Of a stretch of 56,743 nt of DNA, positions 1-7,535 are shown in pieces. Made by a program: the position numbers and the translations under genes. The notes below the pieces were generated by a model. The model searched no databases and was not told the origin of the DNA. It saw nothing but the letters and a program-made list of their open reading frames with translations. The DNA comes from a virus. Within the stretch, counting starts at the first letter, position 1, and each line of letters starts with the position of its first letter. The stretch spans positions 1-56,743 of IMG/VR virus record IMGVR_UViG_3300037484_000539. The stretch is one strand, 5' to 3'.

Positions 1-127
1 AGCCAGACCGTCACCGCACCATGCCATGGCTACCCCGCTAATGCAGGGACTCCCATGCCTGTATAAGACCCCTGTTTAACAGCAGGTGCGTTCCAAAACT
101 TCTCCAAGCGCATCTCCAGTTGTTCGC
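1..127. repeat. Exact 127-bp duplication of the window ends (1-127 = 56617-56743)
   Basis: Read directly: agccagaccgtcacc...ccagttgttcgc at the start recurs verbatim at the end. This implies a circular or terminally redundant 56,616-bp unit; the length fits an assembler k-mer overlap. Confidence 0.95.
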
Positions 128-247
128 TGCTATCGAGCATCTCAAGCTATCTTTTACGCAGTAGCACCCATGCCCGTGATGGCGCAAAATCTCCCCATAC
201 CCCTCTTTCTGCCTCTGCATCTGAGTTATACACCCCTTTACACGTAA

Positions 248-258
248 ATACACTTGCG
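248..258 (+). promoter_or_regulatory. Degenerate copy (ATACACTTGCG) of the TTCCACTTGAC box
   Basis: Matches 7 of 11 positions of the box. It ends 31 nt before ATG 290, the same spacing as the strong copies. Confidence 0.3.
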
Positions 259-289
259 TTACCACTGTCAAAGGCGTTACCACATACCC

Positions 290-766
290 ATGTACGGGAA
301 AGCATTTGTGTCGATGTATGAAGGGTCAATGGTGGGGGCGGGGTGCGCTGTATTTGCAGTGTGGAATTACGCGATAGCGAAGAACAGGATGGGGGTGGTG
401 GAGTTGAACCCCAAGCTGCTGGCGTTCATCCTTGGTGGTTCGGAGAAGGAAATAACGGATGCGCTGGCATATCTGTGCGCGGCGGACTCCCAGTCCCGAT
501 CTGGGGCGGAGGGTGGGCGAAGGCTGGTCAAGGAGGGGCAGTTTCAGTATCGGATGGTGAACTGGGACTTGTATGACAAGATCAAGTCAGCGGAGGGGCT
601 TCGGGAGTACAACGCCAGAAAACAGGCGGAATACCGGGCAAGGAACAAGCTGAAAGCTGGCAAACCCCTCAAAGGTGAATCCGAAACCCTTCACAGGCTC
701 AACAATGGCGAAATATCACAGGAGCAGGCTGACGACAGGGCCTCCCTGACCCGTGAGCGTAAATGA
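290..766 (+). CDS. Hypothetical phage protein with a basic C-terminal tail
   Basis: ORF 254..766, with the first ATG at 290. Contains RLVKEGQFQYRMVNWDLY and an Arg/Lys-rich tail, and is followed by a hairpin terminator. Confidence 0.6.
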   Translation: MYGKAFVSMYEGSMVGAGCAVFAVWNYAIAKNRMGVVELNPKLLAFILGGSEKEITDALAYLCAADSQSRSGAEGGRRLVKEGQFQYRMVNWDLYDKIKSAEGLREYNARKQAEYRARNKLKAGKPLKGESETLHRLNNGEISQEQADDRASLTRERK

Positions 767-788
767 CTGGCGGGCCGGGTTGCTGACT

Positions 789-809
789 CCCGCGCGAAGG
801 CGGGCTTTT
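789..809 (+). terminator. Rho-independent terminator candidate
   Basis: CCCGC-gcgaag-GCGGG hairpin followed by CTTTTG, 23 nt after the stop at 766. Confidence 0.6.
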
Positions 810-833
810 GCTGTCATTCGGCCCATTGAAAAA

Positions 834-950
834 TCAATGCTTCCTCCCCTTGCGCTTTTTCTTCATGGCCATCATTTCCTTAAGCCGCTTCTCACCCTGC
901 TGGTGCACTTTCATTATCAGTCCAATATCCATCTTCCATCGCTTGTTCAT
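834..950 (-). CDS. Small basic protein, 38 aa (below the ORF-track cutoff)
   Basis: ATG 950 overlaps the upstream stop as ATGA. Sequence: MNKRWKMDIGLIMKVHQQGEKRLKEMMAMKKKRKGRKH. Confidence 0.35.
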   Translation of the reverse strand: MNKRWKMDIGLIMKVHQQGEKRLKEMMAMKKKRKGRKH

Positions 951-1411
951 GTTCCCTTCCTCCCCGCCTCGTAGCCAGCCAGATAAGCTGCTTTGACATC
1001 TACTGGCTTCCAATCACAGGTCACGCTTCCGCAACTCCAGTTGTCCCACGCCTTCTCCCCCTCCCTCTCCACCTTTGGAGGTTCAGGCGGGTGCGCGGGC
1101 TGCCAGTGGGTAATCCAGCCATTGGTCCAGGATGAGTCCGTAATCTCCAACATGGCTTTATTGGCAAACATGCACCCGTCACGTGGCAGCATCCACACAA
1201 GCAGGCCGGGTTCCGGCAGCCTGTCCTTCACGCTTATCCACCCCTCTTTTACCACGATGGGTTTGCGCCATACATGTCCATCAGGTGGCCACGGATATGC
1301 AATTCCCTTGAGTTCCCACCTATGAGGGGGGTTCTGCAACCAGAAATGCGTGCGTTCAGGATCATTCGCTTCACATAAAATGAAGCCCTCTCCGGGATTG
1401 GGTGTGCTCAT
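947..1411 (-). CDS. DUF551-like phage protein
   Basis: GWISVKDRLPEPG matches the DUF551 core as I recall it. Start set at ATG 1411, just after the upstream stop; the ORF could extend to 1471. Confidence 0.6.
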   Translation of the reverse strand: MSTPNPGEGFILCEANDPERTHFWLQNPPHRWELKGIAYPWPPDGHVWRKPIVVKEGWISVKDRLPEPGLLVWMLPRDGCMFANKAMLEITDSSWTNGWITHWQPAHPPEPPKVEREGEKAWDNWSCGSVTCDWKPVDVKAAYLAGYEAGRKGT

Positions 1412-1415
1412 AAAT

Positions 1416-1754
1416 TTAATCCCATCCGTGGCACCCGCAGTAAAATCGGTCATAGGGTTTATCTGGTTCATACGTAAAGAAGGCCAGTTGCTCTAATGAA
1501 GATGGCTGTTCGCAATGACAAATGGATTCATGCGACTCGCCGTAATTGCATTCGTTCATTCTGCCGGTTCGCTTTCCGTAGTATGTGCATCTGGCTTTCC
1601 TGCCGGCAAGATTGGGCGATTCCACCTGCTCTATGCAGTCATGAACAACACAGGACGGGATGGGAGGATCGTAATCTATGCCATCTTTTCTGTTGCAAAG
1701 TGCTTGTGCGGCGCATCCGCATTTCATCATTGGATGTTTGGCAATAGTGCTCAT
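1416..1754 (-). CDS. Cys-rich hypothetical protein (putative zinc-binding)
   Basis: 112-aa ORF with many Cys/His (KCGCAA, CVVHDC, CHC, CGCHGWD). ATGA overlap with the upstream gene. Confidence 0.6.
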   Translation of the reverse strand: MSTIAKHPMMKCGCAAQALCNRKDGIDYDPPIPSCVVHDCIEQVESPNLAGRKARCTYYGKRTGRMNECNYGESHESICHCEQPSSLEQLAFFTYEPDKPYDRFYCGCHGWD

Positions 1755-2176
1755 AAATTTAGTCCATAGTTCCAGCTATACGATTTTTTGAACAACCTCG
1801 GCCCGCCCATTCTCACCCCCACATAGTAAGCCCCACGGATTAACTGTAATGCCGCACGGGTGGTACGGGTGCTGCCAAGCTTCTTAACAACTTCCAGGGA
1901 TGCCCTGAAAAACGCCATATCGGCTTCACGTCTTGTTTTTCCACTGTAATCCCCAATCTCGTAGTCATCGTCATGAGCATCGCAGTGGGGCTCCATAACT
2001 TCCGAGAAACCCGGTATCCACGAATCAATCAACCGGCAGAGTCCGTAGTCCGAACACCCGTCCCTTGTTTTGGGTTTGAGAAGCCCGATCTTCCTCGCCA
2101 GAAAAATGTCCTGCGCGTTCCAGACCTTCTTTTTCAGGAGGATGGAGCGAAGCCCGTTTGTAGTTTCAGGCTTCAT
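1751..2176 (-). CDS. DUF1353-like protein
   Basis: PHCDAHDDDYEIG...READMAFF resembles the HD..Y / R.EAD core of DUF1353 (from memory). ATGA overlaps at both ends. Confidence 0.55.
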   Translation of the reverse strand: MKPETTNGLRSILLKKKVWNAQDIFLARKIGLLKPKTRDGCSDYGLCRLIDSWIPGFSEVMEPHCDAHDDDYEIGDYSGKTRREADMAFFRASLEVVKKLGSTRTTRAALQLIRGAYYVGVRMGGPRLFKKSYSWNYGLNL

Positions 2177-2391
2177 CGTTCCTTTTGGGCCACAAATTCC
2201 AGCGTTTGCGGGGTGGTGATCTTCAGGGCGGCCCTCTTGAGTTGGTCGAGTTCCTCTCTGGCCGCGTTCAGTTCAGCTTCTAAATATGCGATGCGTTCAG
2301 CCTGCCATGTCAGTTGCGCATGGGTTCTGCCCGTTTCAGACGTGTCGATTCCAAACTTCGCCAACTCATCAGTGCGAGGTGTATCACTCAT
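2173..2391 (-). CDS. Hypothetical coiled-coil protein, 72 aa
   Basis: ORF whose stop overlaps the downstream ATG 2176 as ATGA. Heptad-like sequence ERIAYLEAELNAAREELDQLKRAAL. Confidence 0.55.
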   Translation of the reverse strand: MSDTPRTDELAKFGIDTSETGRTHAQLTWQAERIAYLEAELNAAREELDQLKRAALKITTPQTLEFVAQKER

Positions 2392-2471
2392 GGCTCGTGC
2401 GATCCCTCTTGTTGCTGCATTTGTTCGTAGTGCTGCCGTTCGCGATACTCCTGCTCTGCTGCCTCTCGTTC

Positions 2472-2699
2472 CTATTCTTCTCGGCGTTCTTCGGCCCTGC
2501 GTTCCGACGCTCGCACATCGCGATATGCTTCTTCTGCTCGGTCGCCAGCATAAGTATGTTGCGCTCCGTCAGCGGGATTGTATCTGTCCACGCTTTGATG
2601 CTCACTGATTCCGTTCTCGCGCAGACTGTCTTTGTAGTCGCTGGCGGCGCTGTAATCACCATTGCACTCCATGCGGTCGATAATCTCTCGGTATCTCAC
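2472..2699 (-). CDS. Hypothetical charged protein; reading frame uncertain
   Basis: GTG 2699 overlaps the stop of the 2696..3670 gene. A competing ORF, 2384..2662 (-), overlaps it in another frame. Confidence 0.4.
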   Translation of the reverse strand: MRYREIIDRMECNGDYSAASDYKDSLRENGISEHQSVDRYNPADGAQHTYAGDRAEEAYRDVRASERRAEERREE

Positions 2700-3670
2700 T
2701 TCCCCGCCTCCTTCCCGGCAGGCGGTTCGGTGGAGGAGAGGAACGGTCGAATAGCTTCAATCCAATCATTCAATTGCTTGTCATCAATATGATGGTAGCC
2801 ATCGCCGTCGTGGTGTTTGCGCCAGAAGATGCCACCGTAAACCAGATCGAGCGCCTTGACCGCCTCCTCCAGCCTCGCTTCCGCCGCGTCTTTTGCGGCG
2901 CGCAGTTCACGCACTTCCGCCATCGTGGGCGCGTCACAGTCCTCGCACGCCTTTTGAGCGGCTCGGAAGGTTTCGTTTTCCTTGCGCAGTTCCGCATTCA
3001 CAGCGGCCAGATCGCCCTGCATGATTTCGGTATTCGAGAACTTGTCACAGGCATCTTTCAGGCTTGCGATTTCGGCGCGGAGTTGAGAAACTACCTTACC
3101 GGCTTCGATGGCTTTCTTCCATTGCTCCTCGCGCAGCCTCGCCGTGGCGCGCTCCAGCCGTTCCATGATTTTACGTGCCGTGCTTTCCGGGGTGGCGGAG
3201 CGGATGAAAAGATGAATGTCCTCCGCGCAATCCTTCGCCAGCTTCTCGATTTCCGGTTGCGGCGCTGTGAGGCGGGCGAGTTGCTGCTCCTTGTTTTTAA
3301 GTTTATGCAGGAACATTTGCACGGACTGGCCTTGTGCTTTCTGCCAGCCGTAAACCTGAAGCAACTCTGCCAAGTCGTTTTGCTCCTGCTCTAACTCACG
3401 GATGCGCCAGGTGAGTGGTGCTAACTGCTCGCGTAGAATCGCTGCGATTTCTTCAGCTTGGGCGCGAGTTCCGCCAAGATGCGTGACACACGCACACATG
3501 TTGGCAATGCCAGAAAAGTCCACCTCCACCGCTCCCGTCTCCGAGGTGGGGTTGAATACAACTTTCTGGCTTCCGCAGTTCAGGCACAGGGCTACGTTTT
3601 GATCCCAAGTAGTCCAGCCACACTCGCTGCACATTCTTGAAATGACTGGCTGCGTGTTTTGTTCGCTCAT
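2696..3670 (-). CDS. Zinc-ribbon plus long coiled-coil protein
   Basis: Start taken at ATG 3670 (MSEQNTQ). CSECGW...CLNCGS ribbon, then about 250 aa rich in Glu, Ala and Leu heptads. Confidence 0.7.
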   Translation of the reverse strand: MSEQNTQPVISRMCSECGWTTWDQNVALCLNCGSQKVVFNPTSETGAVEVDFSGIANMCACVTHLGGTRAQAEEIAAILREQLAPLTWRIRELEQEQNDLAELLQVYGWQKAQGQSVQMFLHKLKNKEQQLARLTAPQPEIEKLAKDCAEDIHLFIRSATPESTARKIMERLERATARLREEQWKKAIEAGKVVSQLRAEIASLKDACDKFSNTEIMQGDLAAVNAELRKENETFRAAQKACEDCDAPTMAEVRELRAAKDAAEARLEEAVKALDLVYGGIFWRKHHDGDGYHHIDDKQLNDWIEAIRPFLSSTEPPAGKEAGK

Positions 3671-3674
3671 GGCT

Positions 3675-3890
3675 TTATAGCGCCTTTCGGTTTCTATCAA
3701 GTGCGGCCTTACGGCATACGACTTCAACGCAGTAATCCGTGTCGGACAGCATAAAACAAGACGCGCTCATTTTCTTCAGAGTGGATTCTTCAAAATCCAG
3801 TTCATCTTTCCAAGCAAGTCTGCACCGGCCTATATCCAAACATTTGTTTGCGGTGTCACACTCGGTTAGTGGGCATCCAGATATTCTCAC
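3675..3890 (-). CDS. Small Cys-rich protein; start uncertain
   Basis: ORF 3675..3953. GTG 3890 avoids overlapping the 3913..4098 gene; TTG 3953 is the alternative start. Confidence 0.45.
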   Translation of the reverse strand: MRISGCPLTECDTANKCLDIGRCRLAWKDELDFEESTLKKMSASCFMLSDTDYCVEVVCRKAALDRNRKAL

Positions 3891-3912
3891 TTCCCCGCCT
3901 CGCTTTCGGTGG

Positions 3913-4098
3913 TCATACCTCCCTGCACTTCTCCTTCTCTTGAATGACCCCAATCGCCAGTTTTAATCTTTCATCATAGACCTTGAACGCCCTTAATAAT
4001 GGCTGGTTCACATGCGGTGGGATCATCTGGTTGTGCTTCACGCAAAACAAAAGATGAGGCATGGCCTGTAATTGGCAGTTGGTGGCGTGGCAGGTCAT
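3913..4098 (-). CDS. Small Cys/His protein, 61 aa
   Basis: MTCHATNCQ...FCVKH. Its ATG overlaps the stop of the unlisted 4095..4265 ORF as ATGA. Confidence 0.55.
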   Translation of the reverse strand: MTCHATNCQLQAMPHLLFCVKHNQMIPPHVNQPLLRAFKVYDERLKLAIGVIQEKEKCREV

Positions 4099-4265
4099 TC
4101 CTGTTTGGATTGCTCTGATTTTGACCTGTCAATGTTCTCCTGAATCCGGGCCTTGTAGTCATCTCCAATGTGGAGATGCTGGCACTGCTGCAATTTCTGG
4201 AACCGCTCCTCACGATCTTCGCAGGTGCATTCCACCAAATCATTCTGGCATCTTGCGCAAAACAT
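4095..4265 (-). CDS. Small Cys-rich protein, 56 aa (below the ORF-track cutoff)
   Basis: Hand-translated: MFCARCQNDLVECTCEDREERFQKLQQCQHLHIGDDYKARIQENIDRSKSEQSKQE. Lies downstream of the box at 4320-4330 and has an ATGA overlap with the next gene. Confidence 0.55.
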   Translation of the reverse strand: MFCARCQNDLVECTCEDREERFQKLQQCQHLHIGDDYKARIQENIDRSKSEQSKQE

Positions 4266-4319
4266 AATTTTACCTTGATCCTTTCATGCGCGCCTGTTCT
4301 GCCATGCGGGCGGGCGGGT

Positions 4320-4330
4320 GTCAAGTGGAA
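4320..4330 (-). promoter_or_regulatory. TTCCACTTGAC box (exact), facing left
   Basis: The plus strand reads gtcaagtggaa. A 5-codon mini-ORF ATG lies 32 nt downstream, and the ATG of the 56-aa ORF lies 54 nt downstream. Confidence 0.6.
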
Positions 4331-4632
4331 ATTATTTCACGCTTCATTCTGGCATGTCGGACGGTTCCGGGGTGGCAGCCAAGCTTGCGTGCAATGGCGC
4401 TGTTGGTGCGGCCCCAGTCCGTTTTGCTGAAGTCATATTTTACGGGAGCGCCCATGGGCCGCAAAATCCAGGCCACCGGCCACGGGGGCACGTTGATGAC
4501 CTTGGAGTTGGTGAAATAGCGCCGCAGTTCCGGGTACTGGCCGTTGCAGACCCGGCTTTGAATGGTGTTGGGATGGACGCGCCATCTTTGGGCTTCTTCG
4601 ATGACCCATTGCTTGTAGGGGATGAGGTTCAT
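4321..4632 (-). CDS. HTH DNA-binding protein
   Basis: 103 aa. The C-terminal NSAIARKLGCHPGTVRHARMK looks like a helix-turn-helix. Confidence 0.6.
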   Translation of the reverse strand: MNLIPYKQWVIEEAQRWRVHPNTIQSRVCNGQYPELRRYFTNSKVINVPPWPVAWILRPMGAPVKYDFSKTDWGRTNSAIARKLGCHPGTVRHARMKREIIST

Positions 4633-5060
4633 ATCGAATCCGCCATGCTGTTGGTTCGCGCAATTTCCTCAATCCCGTGTTTGTAGGCAGCCATGCGGGC
4701 ACCGGCGTTTTCTGGTTTGCGCATAAACCCGGACAGGAAGTCTGGATCGAGAACGGTTTGCAGACGTTGGGCTGCGCAGACTGCTTCTGCGAACACAGGC
4801 ACGGATTCCTCAAGAATTTTTAATGCTCCATCCCGCGTGGTTTTGGGGTCTTTGAATTTATCCGCGTGAAGCAATAGGTGACACGCTTTGAAAATCCATT
4901 TCTCGGCCTCCAGCCGCCTCTCCCGCGCGTCGTAACAGATATTGCAGCACAAACCCCCTACCAGCTTGTCAATCCATTCTGGAGGGCATTCCAGCGCGGC
5001 CTCAGCCACTCCTTCACGACCGCAGATTTTGCACTTGTAGAGAATTTTATGGGCTTTCAT
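4629..5060 (-). CDS. Zinc-ribbon protein, 143 aa
   Basis: CKICG...CCNIC at the N-terminus. ATGA overlap with the downstream gene. Confidence 0.6.
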   Translation of the reverse strand: MKAHKILYKCKICGREGVAEAALECPPEWIDKLVGGLCCNICYDARERRLEAEKWIFKACHLLLHADKFKDPKTTRDGALKILEESVPVFAEAVCAAQRLQTVLDPDFLSGFMRKPENAGARMAAYKHGIEEIARTNSMADSI

Positions 5061-5775
5061 GTTTTCCTAGAGAGCGGCGCATCACGGCCAAGTCCTGATC
5101 CAATGATTTCTCGCCAAGGCTTTTGGGTTTGGGCTTGCCATCAGGAAGCTTCTGGCTGGGAAAGAAGCCTTGAGATTTCCATTGAGCGATGGTGTGGGGA
5201 TAGCTCCTGATGGGTTTGCCGTTGTTTTTCCAGCCATTGCCCTCCCATTTGTTGAAAAGCCAGTCTGCGTCGGAGTCGGGAAGGCCGGTTTTGGCACAGA
5301 CAAGTTTCAGTTCTTCAAGGGAGGGATGGCCATTGCTAACCCTTTGCCCTTCCTTTTCCTTTTCCTTTTCCTTTTCCTGTAGGTTTCCCTTACCCTTCAT
5401 AGAAGGGTATGCTAACCCTTTGACTTCCCAAATGAATGGGTCTATTTCTAAGTTATGACGGGAAAGGGAAGAAAAAACAGCAAGGTGGGGCTTGCACTCT
5501 CTACTGAGAGAACCGTACTGAAACCTTATGAAGCTTCGGATCAGGATTTTACCTTCCTCCAATGCGTGCAGCCGACTCTCAAGTTCGGCCAAGTGCTGTT
5601 CCTTTACCGGGCTTCCAATCTTGGCGCTGGCGATCTTAAGACTGAACTGGACAATTCCAGCACCATCGCAGTGATCGCATAGAAAGAGCCAGAGAAGTTT
5701 TGCGGTTGGAGAGAGTTCCCAGAACCACGGGTCGTCCCATTTTTGGGTGTCGGTGAAGCGTTTCAGAAAGTCCCA
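5047..5775 (-). CDS. Replisome-organizer/DnaD-like replication protein; start codon unresolved
   Basis: The frame is open back to 5775. It encodes WDDPWFWELSPTAKLLWLFLCDHCDGAGIV, an organizer-like N-terminus, but has no in-frame ATG/GTG/TTG before TTG 5592. ATG 5776 is one nt out of frame. Confidence 0.55.
   Translation of the reverse strand, partial: WDFLKRFTDTQKWDDPWFWELSPTAKLLWLFLCDHCDGAGIVQFSLKIASAKIGSPVKEQHLAELESRLHALEEGKILIRSFIRFQYGSLSRECKPHLAVFSSLSRHNLEIDPFIWEVKGLAYPSMKGKGNLQEKEKEKEKEGQRVSNGHPSLEELKLVCAKTGLPDSDADWLFNKWEGNGWKNNGKPIRSYPHTIAQWKSQGFFPSQKLPDGKPKPKSLGEKSLDQDLAVMRRSLGKHESP
5352..5377. repeat. Hexanucleotide microsatellite (CCTTTT)x4
   Basis: Read directly. It encodes an (EK)4 linker in the 5047..5775 gene. 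Confidence 0.9.
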
Positions 5776-5927
5776 TCACTGCCGAGTCCAACACCCACCC
5801 ACCACGCGCCCATGAACGACGAATCGAAGATGGATGACAGATAGGTGCTGGACTCGATTGTGAATAGGCGTCGATTCATGGCGCACCCCAAGAGTGCCAA
5901 AGCCAACTACCGGAAGGCAACTAAATT

Positions 5928-6080
5928 CTACTTCCCGTTCTGCTTTCTTTCCCTGTCCCTGCGCTTGTGCTTTTTACAGTAGTAGCTCCCATTAGTGGGT
6001 TTTCCACAGCGCGGGCATTTCCCTTTTTCCGACTGCTTGTTCCACCATCGCATCTGGCGCGAAACTTTCTTCACCCGCAT
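5928..6080 (-). CDS. Small basic zinc-ribbon protein, 50 aa (below the ORF-track cutoff)
   Basis: Hand-translated: MRVKKVSRQMRWWNKQSEKGKCPRCGKPTNGSYYCKKHKRRDRERKQNGK. The CxxCGKP..G.YC..H pattern recurs in the 32972 HNH protein. I found no clear SD or promoter geometry. Confidence 0.35.
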   Translation of the reverse strand: MRVKKVSRQMRWWNKQSEKGKCPRCGKPTNGSYYCKKHKRRDRERKQNGK

Positions 6081-6097
6081 GGGAGGGGAGTGTATAG

Positions 6098-6108
6098 GAC
6101 AAGTGGAA
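6098..6108 (-). promoter_or_regulatory. One-mismatch box (TTCCACTTGTC), facing left
   Basis: The plus strand reads gacaagtggaa. It forms an inverted pair with the plus-strand box at 6127-6137. Confidence 0.35.
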
Positions 6109-6126
6109 TTTGTAAAGAGTTTCTAT

Positions 6127-6137
6127 TTCCACTTGAC
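6127..6137 (+). promoter_or_regulatory. TTCCACTTGAC box (exact)
   Basis: ATG 6169 lies 31 nt downstream. A TTGAAT -10-like hexamer sits 18 nt after TTGACG. No SD. Confidence 0.7.
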
Positions 6138-6168
6138 GTGGCGTGGATAGCCGTGGTTGAATCCAGTG

Positions 6169-6594
6169 ATGAAAATGAAGCAACTCCAAGTTCTTAAGGA
6201 TCAGCACAAACGCTATGTAGGAATGATTGGCGACCCCAAGGTGGACGAGCCGGACGCGGCCTGCCACATTGTTCATGCGCTGGTGCGCGGCGAAAACCCA
6301 CCACTTCAAACCGTGGCTGCCATTAGCAATAAAGCCCGTGAGGCGGTAGCGAACTGCCGGTATAGCAGTGAGCGCACATTAAAGTTGTCGGATGTATTTC
6401 AGGTGCCAGCCAGCTACCGAAAAGCTGAAAGAGAATTTCAAGCAGCCAAGGAGAAGTCCGTAAAGGCATCAGTGAAATACCAGAAGGAAGCAGAGTTGTT
6501 GTTGCGTAAGGCAGAACTGAATGACGGCCTAGACCCCGAAGAAGTCTCAGTGGAGCTTCGTCTGCTTGCCATACGGCACGGAATTGATGCGTAA
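6169..6594 (+). CDS. Hypothetical protein, 141 aa
   Basis: ORF 6157..6594. ATG 6169 is preferred because it fits the leaderless geometry. Confidence 0.6.
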   Translation: MKMKQLQVLKDQHKRYVGMIGDPKVDEPDAACHIVHALVRGENPPLQTVAAISNKAREAVANCRYSSERTLKLSDVFQVPASYRKAEREFQAAKEKSVKASVKYQKEAELLLRKAELNDGLDPEEVSVELRLLAIRHGIDA

Positions 6595-6727
6595 AGTGGA
6601 TTGACAGGCTCTCCCATTTGCGCTTGAATGCTTCTGCGTAGTCCAGTTGCCCGTTCGTTTGGATACAGCGGGCTAGAGTAGGGGCCGCTCACAGGTTTAG
6701 GGGATTCCGGTGGGCGGCCCTTTTCTT

Positions 6728-6934
6728 ATGAAGATTGATTTAACAGGCACGAGCATAATGCAGAACTATACGTCCAAGGCTGTCTGCTGCGTGTGTGGTG
6801 AAAACAAATCCAGCACCCACCACGATCCTGAAATGAAGGAGCTTGGTGGATTGGTGTGCCGTGAGTGCCTTTTACCCCTGATTATCGCTGACAGGATTTT
6901 GAATCGCGTGATACCGGGATTCCAAAGACCCTAA
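6728..6934 (+). CDS. Small zinc-ribbon protein
   Basis: ATG 6728. CCVCG...CREC Cys pairs. Confidence 0.55.
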   Translation: MKIDLTGTSIMQNYTSKAVCCVCGENKSSTHHDPEMKELGGLVCRECLLPLIIADRILNRVIPGFQRP

Positions 6935-6977
6935 GCTTGCAGGGCGACATGGGCACAACACCCCATCTTGCGTTTGT

Positions 6978-7319
6978 ATGGATGAGGAGGATAGTAAACG
7001 AATGGGTAATGAGAGGCATGGCGGACATGATGAGCAACTAGCTCAATCCGTGTCACGGCTGGCCTACGAAATAGCCCATTTGAACAAACACTGGAAAGAA
7101 TTTATGAATGCTTTAGACACGATCACGCAGGCCGTCACGGCCAACACCGCCGCCAGCACAGCCCTCACAGAGTCCGTAAACCTCGCCATTACCAAATTGG
7201 GCACGCCAGCCAACGAAGCGGAGATTATCGCGCTGGCGGGCGTTGTGGACGCAAATACGGCCAATGCTGCTGCTCTCAAGACTGCCCTGGATGCGGCGCT
7301 GAATCCTCCCCAACCCTAA
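6978..7319 (+). CDS. Hypothetical Ala/Thr-rich helical protein
   Basis: 113-aa ORF containing NTAASTALTESVNLAI...ANTANAAALKTALDAAL. Confidence 0.55.
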   Translation: MDEEDSKRMGNERHGGHDEQLAQSVSRLAYEIAHLNKHWKEFMNALDTITQAVTANTAASTALTESVNLAITKLGTPANEAEIIALAGVVDANTANAAALKTALDAALNPPQP

Positions 7320-7355
7320 GGCTTGCATTTTAGCCAGCGGAAGTGAACATGGGGC

Positions 7356-7535
7356 GTGGCAAAGAAGCTGGTGCCAAATCCTGAGTACGAGAACGCCAGA
7401 TACAGGGTGGACTATATCTGGTTTGGAGAGCCGCCCAAAATCACATTGCCGGATATTCGCACAAACAATCCGCGCTATCTGGTTGATGGATCGGTGGCCG
7501 ATCAGATACCAAGCCACATTGAGGTGGATGAATGA
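7356..7535 (+). CDS. Small protein, 59 aa (just below the ORF-track cutoff)
   Basis: GTG 7356; its stop overlaps ATG 7532 as ATGA. Sequence: VAKKLVPNPEYENARYRVDYIWFGEPPKITLPDIRTNNPRYLVDGSVADQIPSHIEVDE. Confidence 0.4.
   Translation: MAKKLVPNPEYENARYRVDYIWFGEPPKITLPDIRTNNPRYLVDGSVADQIPSHIEVDE

Noticed and set aside
1-127. The terminal 127-bp direct repeat as an LTR/TIR of a mobile element or a genuine phage DTR
   Set aside because: It is a direct copy of the contig ends, not an inverted repeat. No transposase or integrase is present. The length fits an assembly k-mer overlap on a circular molecule. A genuine short DTR cannot be excluded without reads.
38-329. Minus-strand ORFs 38..283 and 147..329
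   Set aside because: They lie in the non-coding gap between same-strand genes and overlap each other. They have no coupling or SD, and their composition (Cys/Trp/Arg-rich) is not protein-like.
5776-5778. TGA recoding (alternative genetic code) as the explanation for the missing start of the organizer-like gene
   Set aside because: TGA serves as the stop in dozens of ATGA/GTGA overlaps across the genome, and ORF lengths are normal under the standard code.
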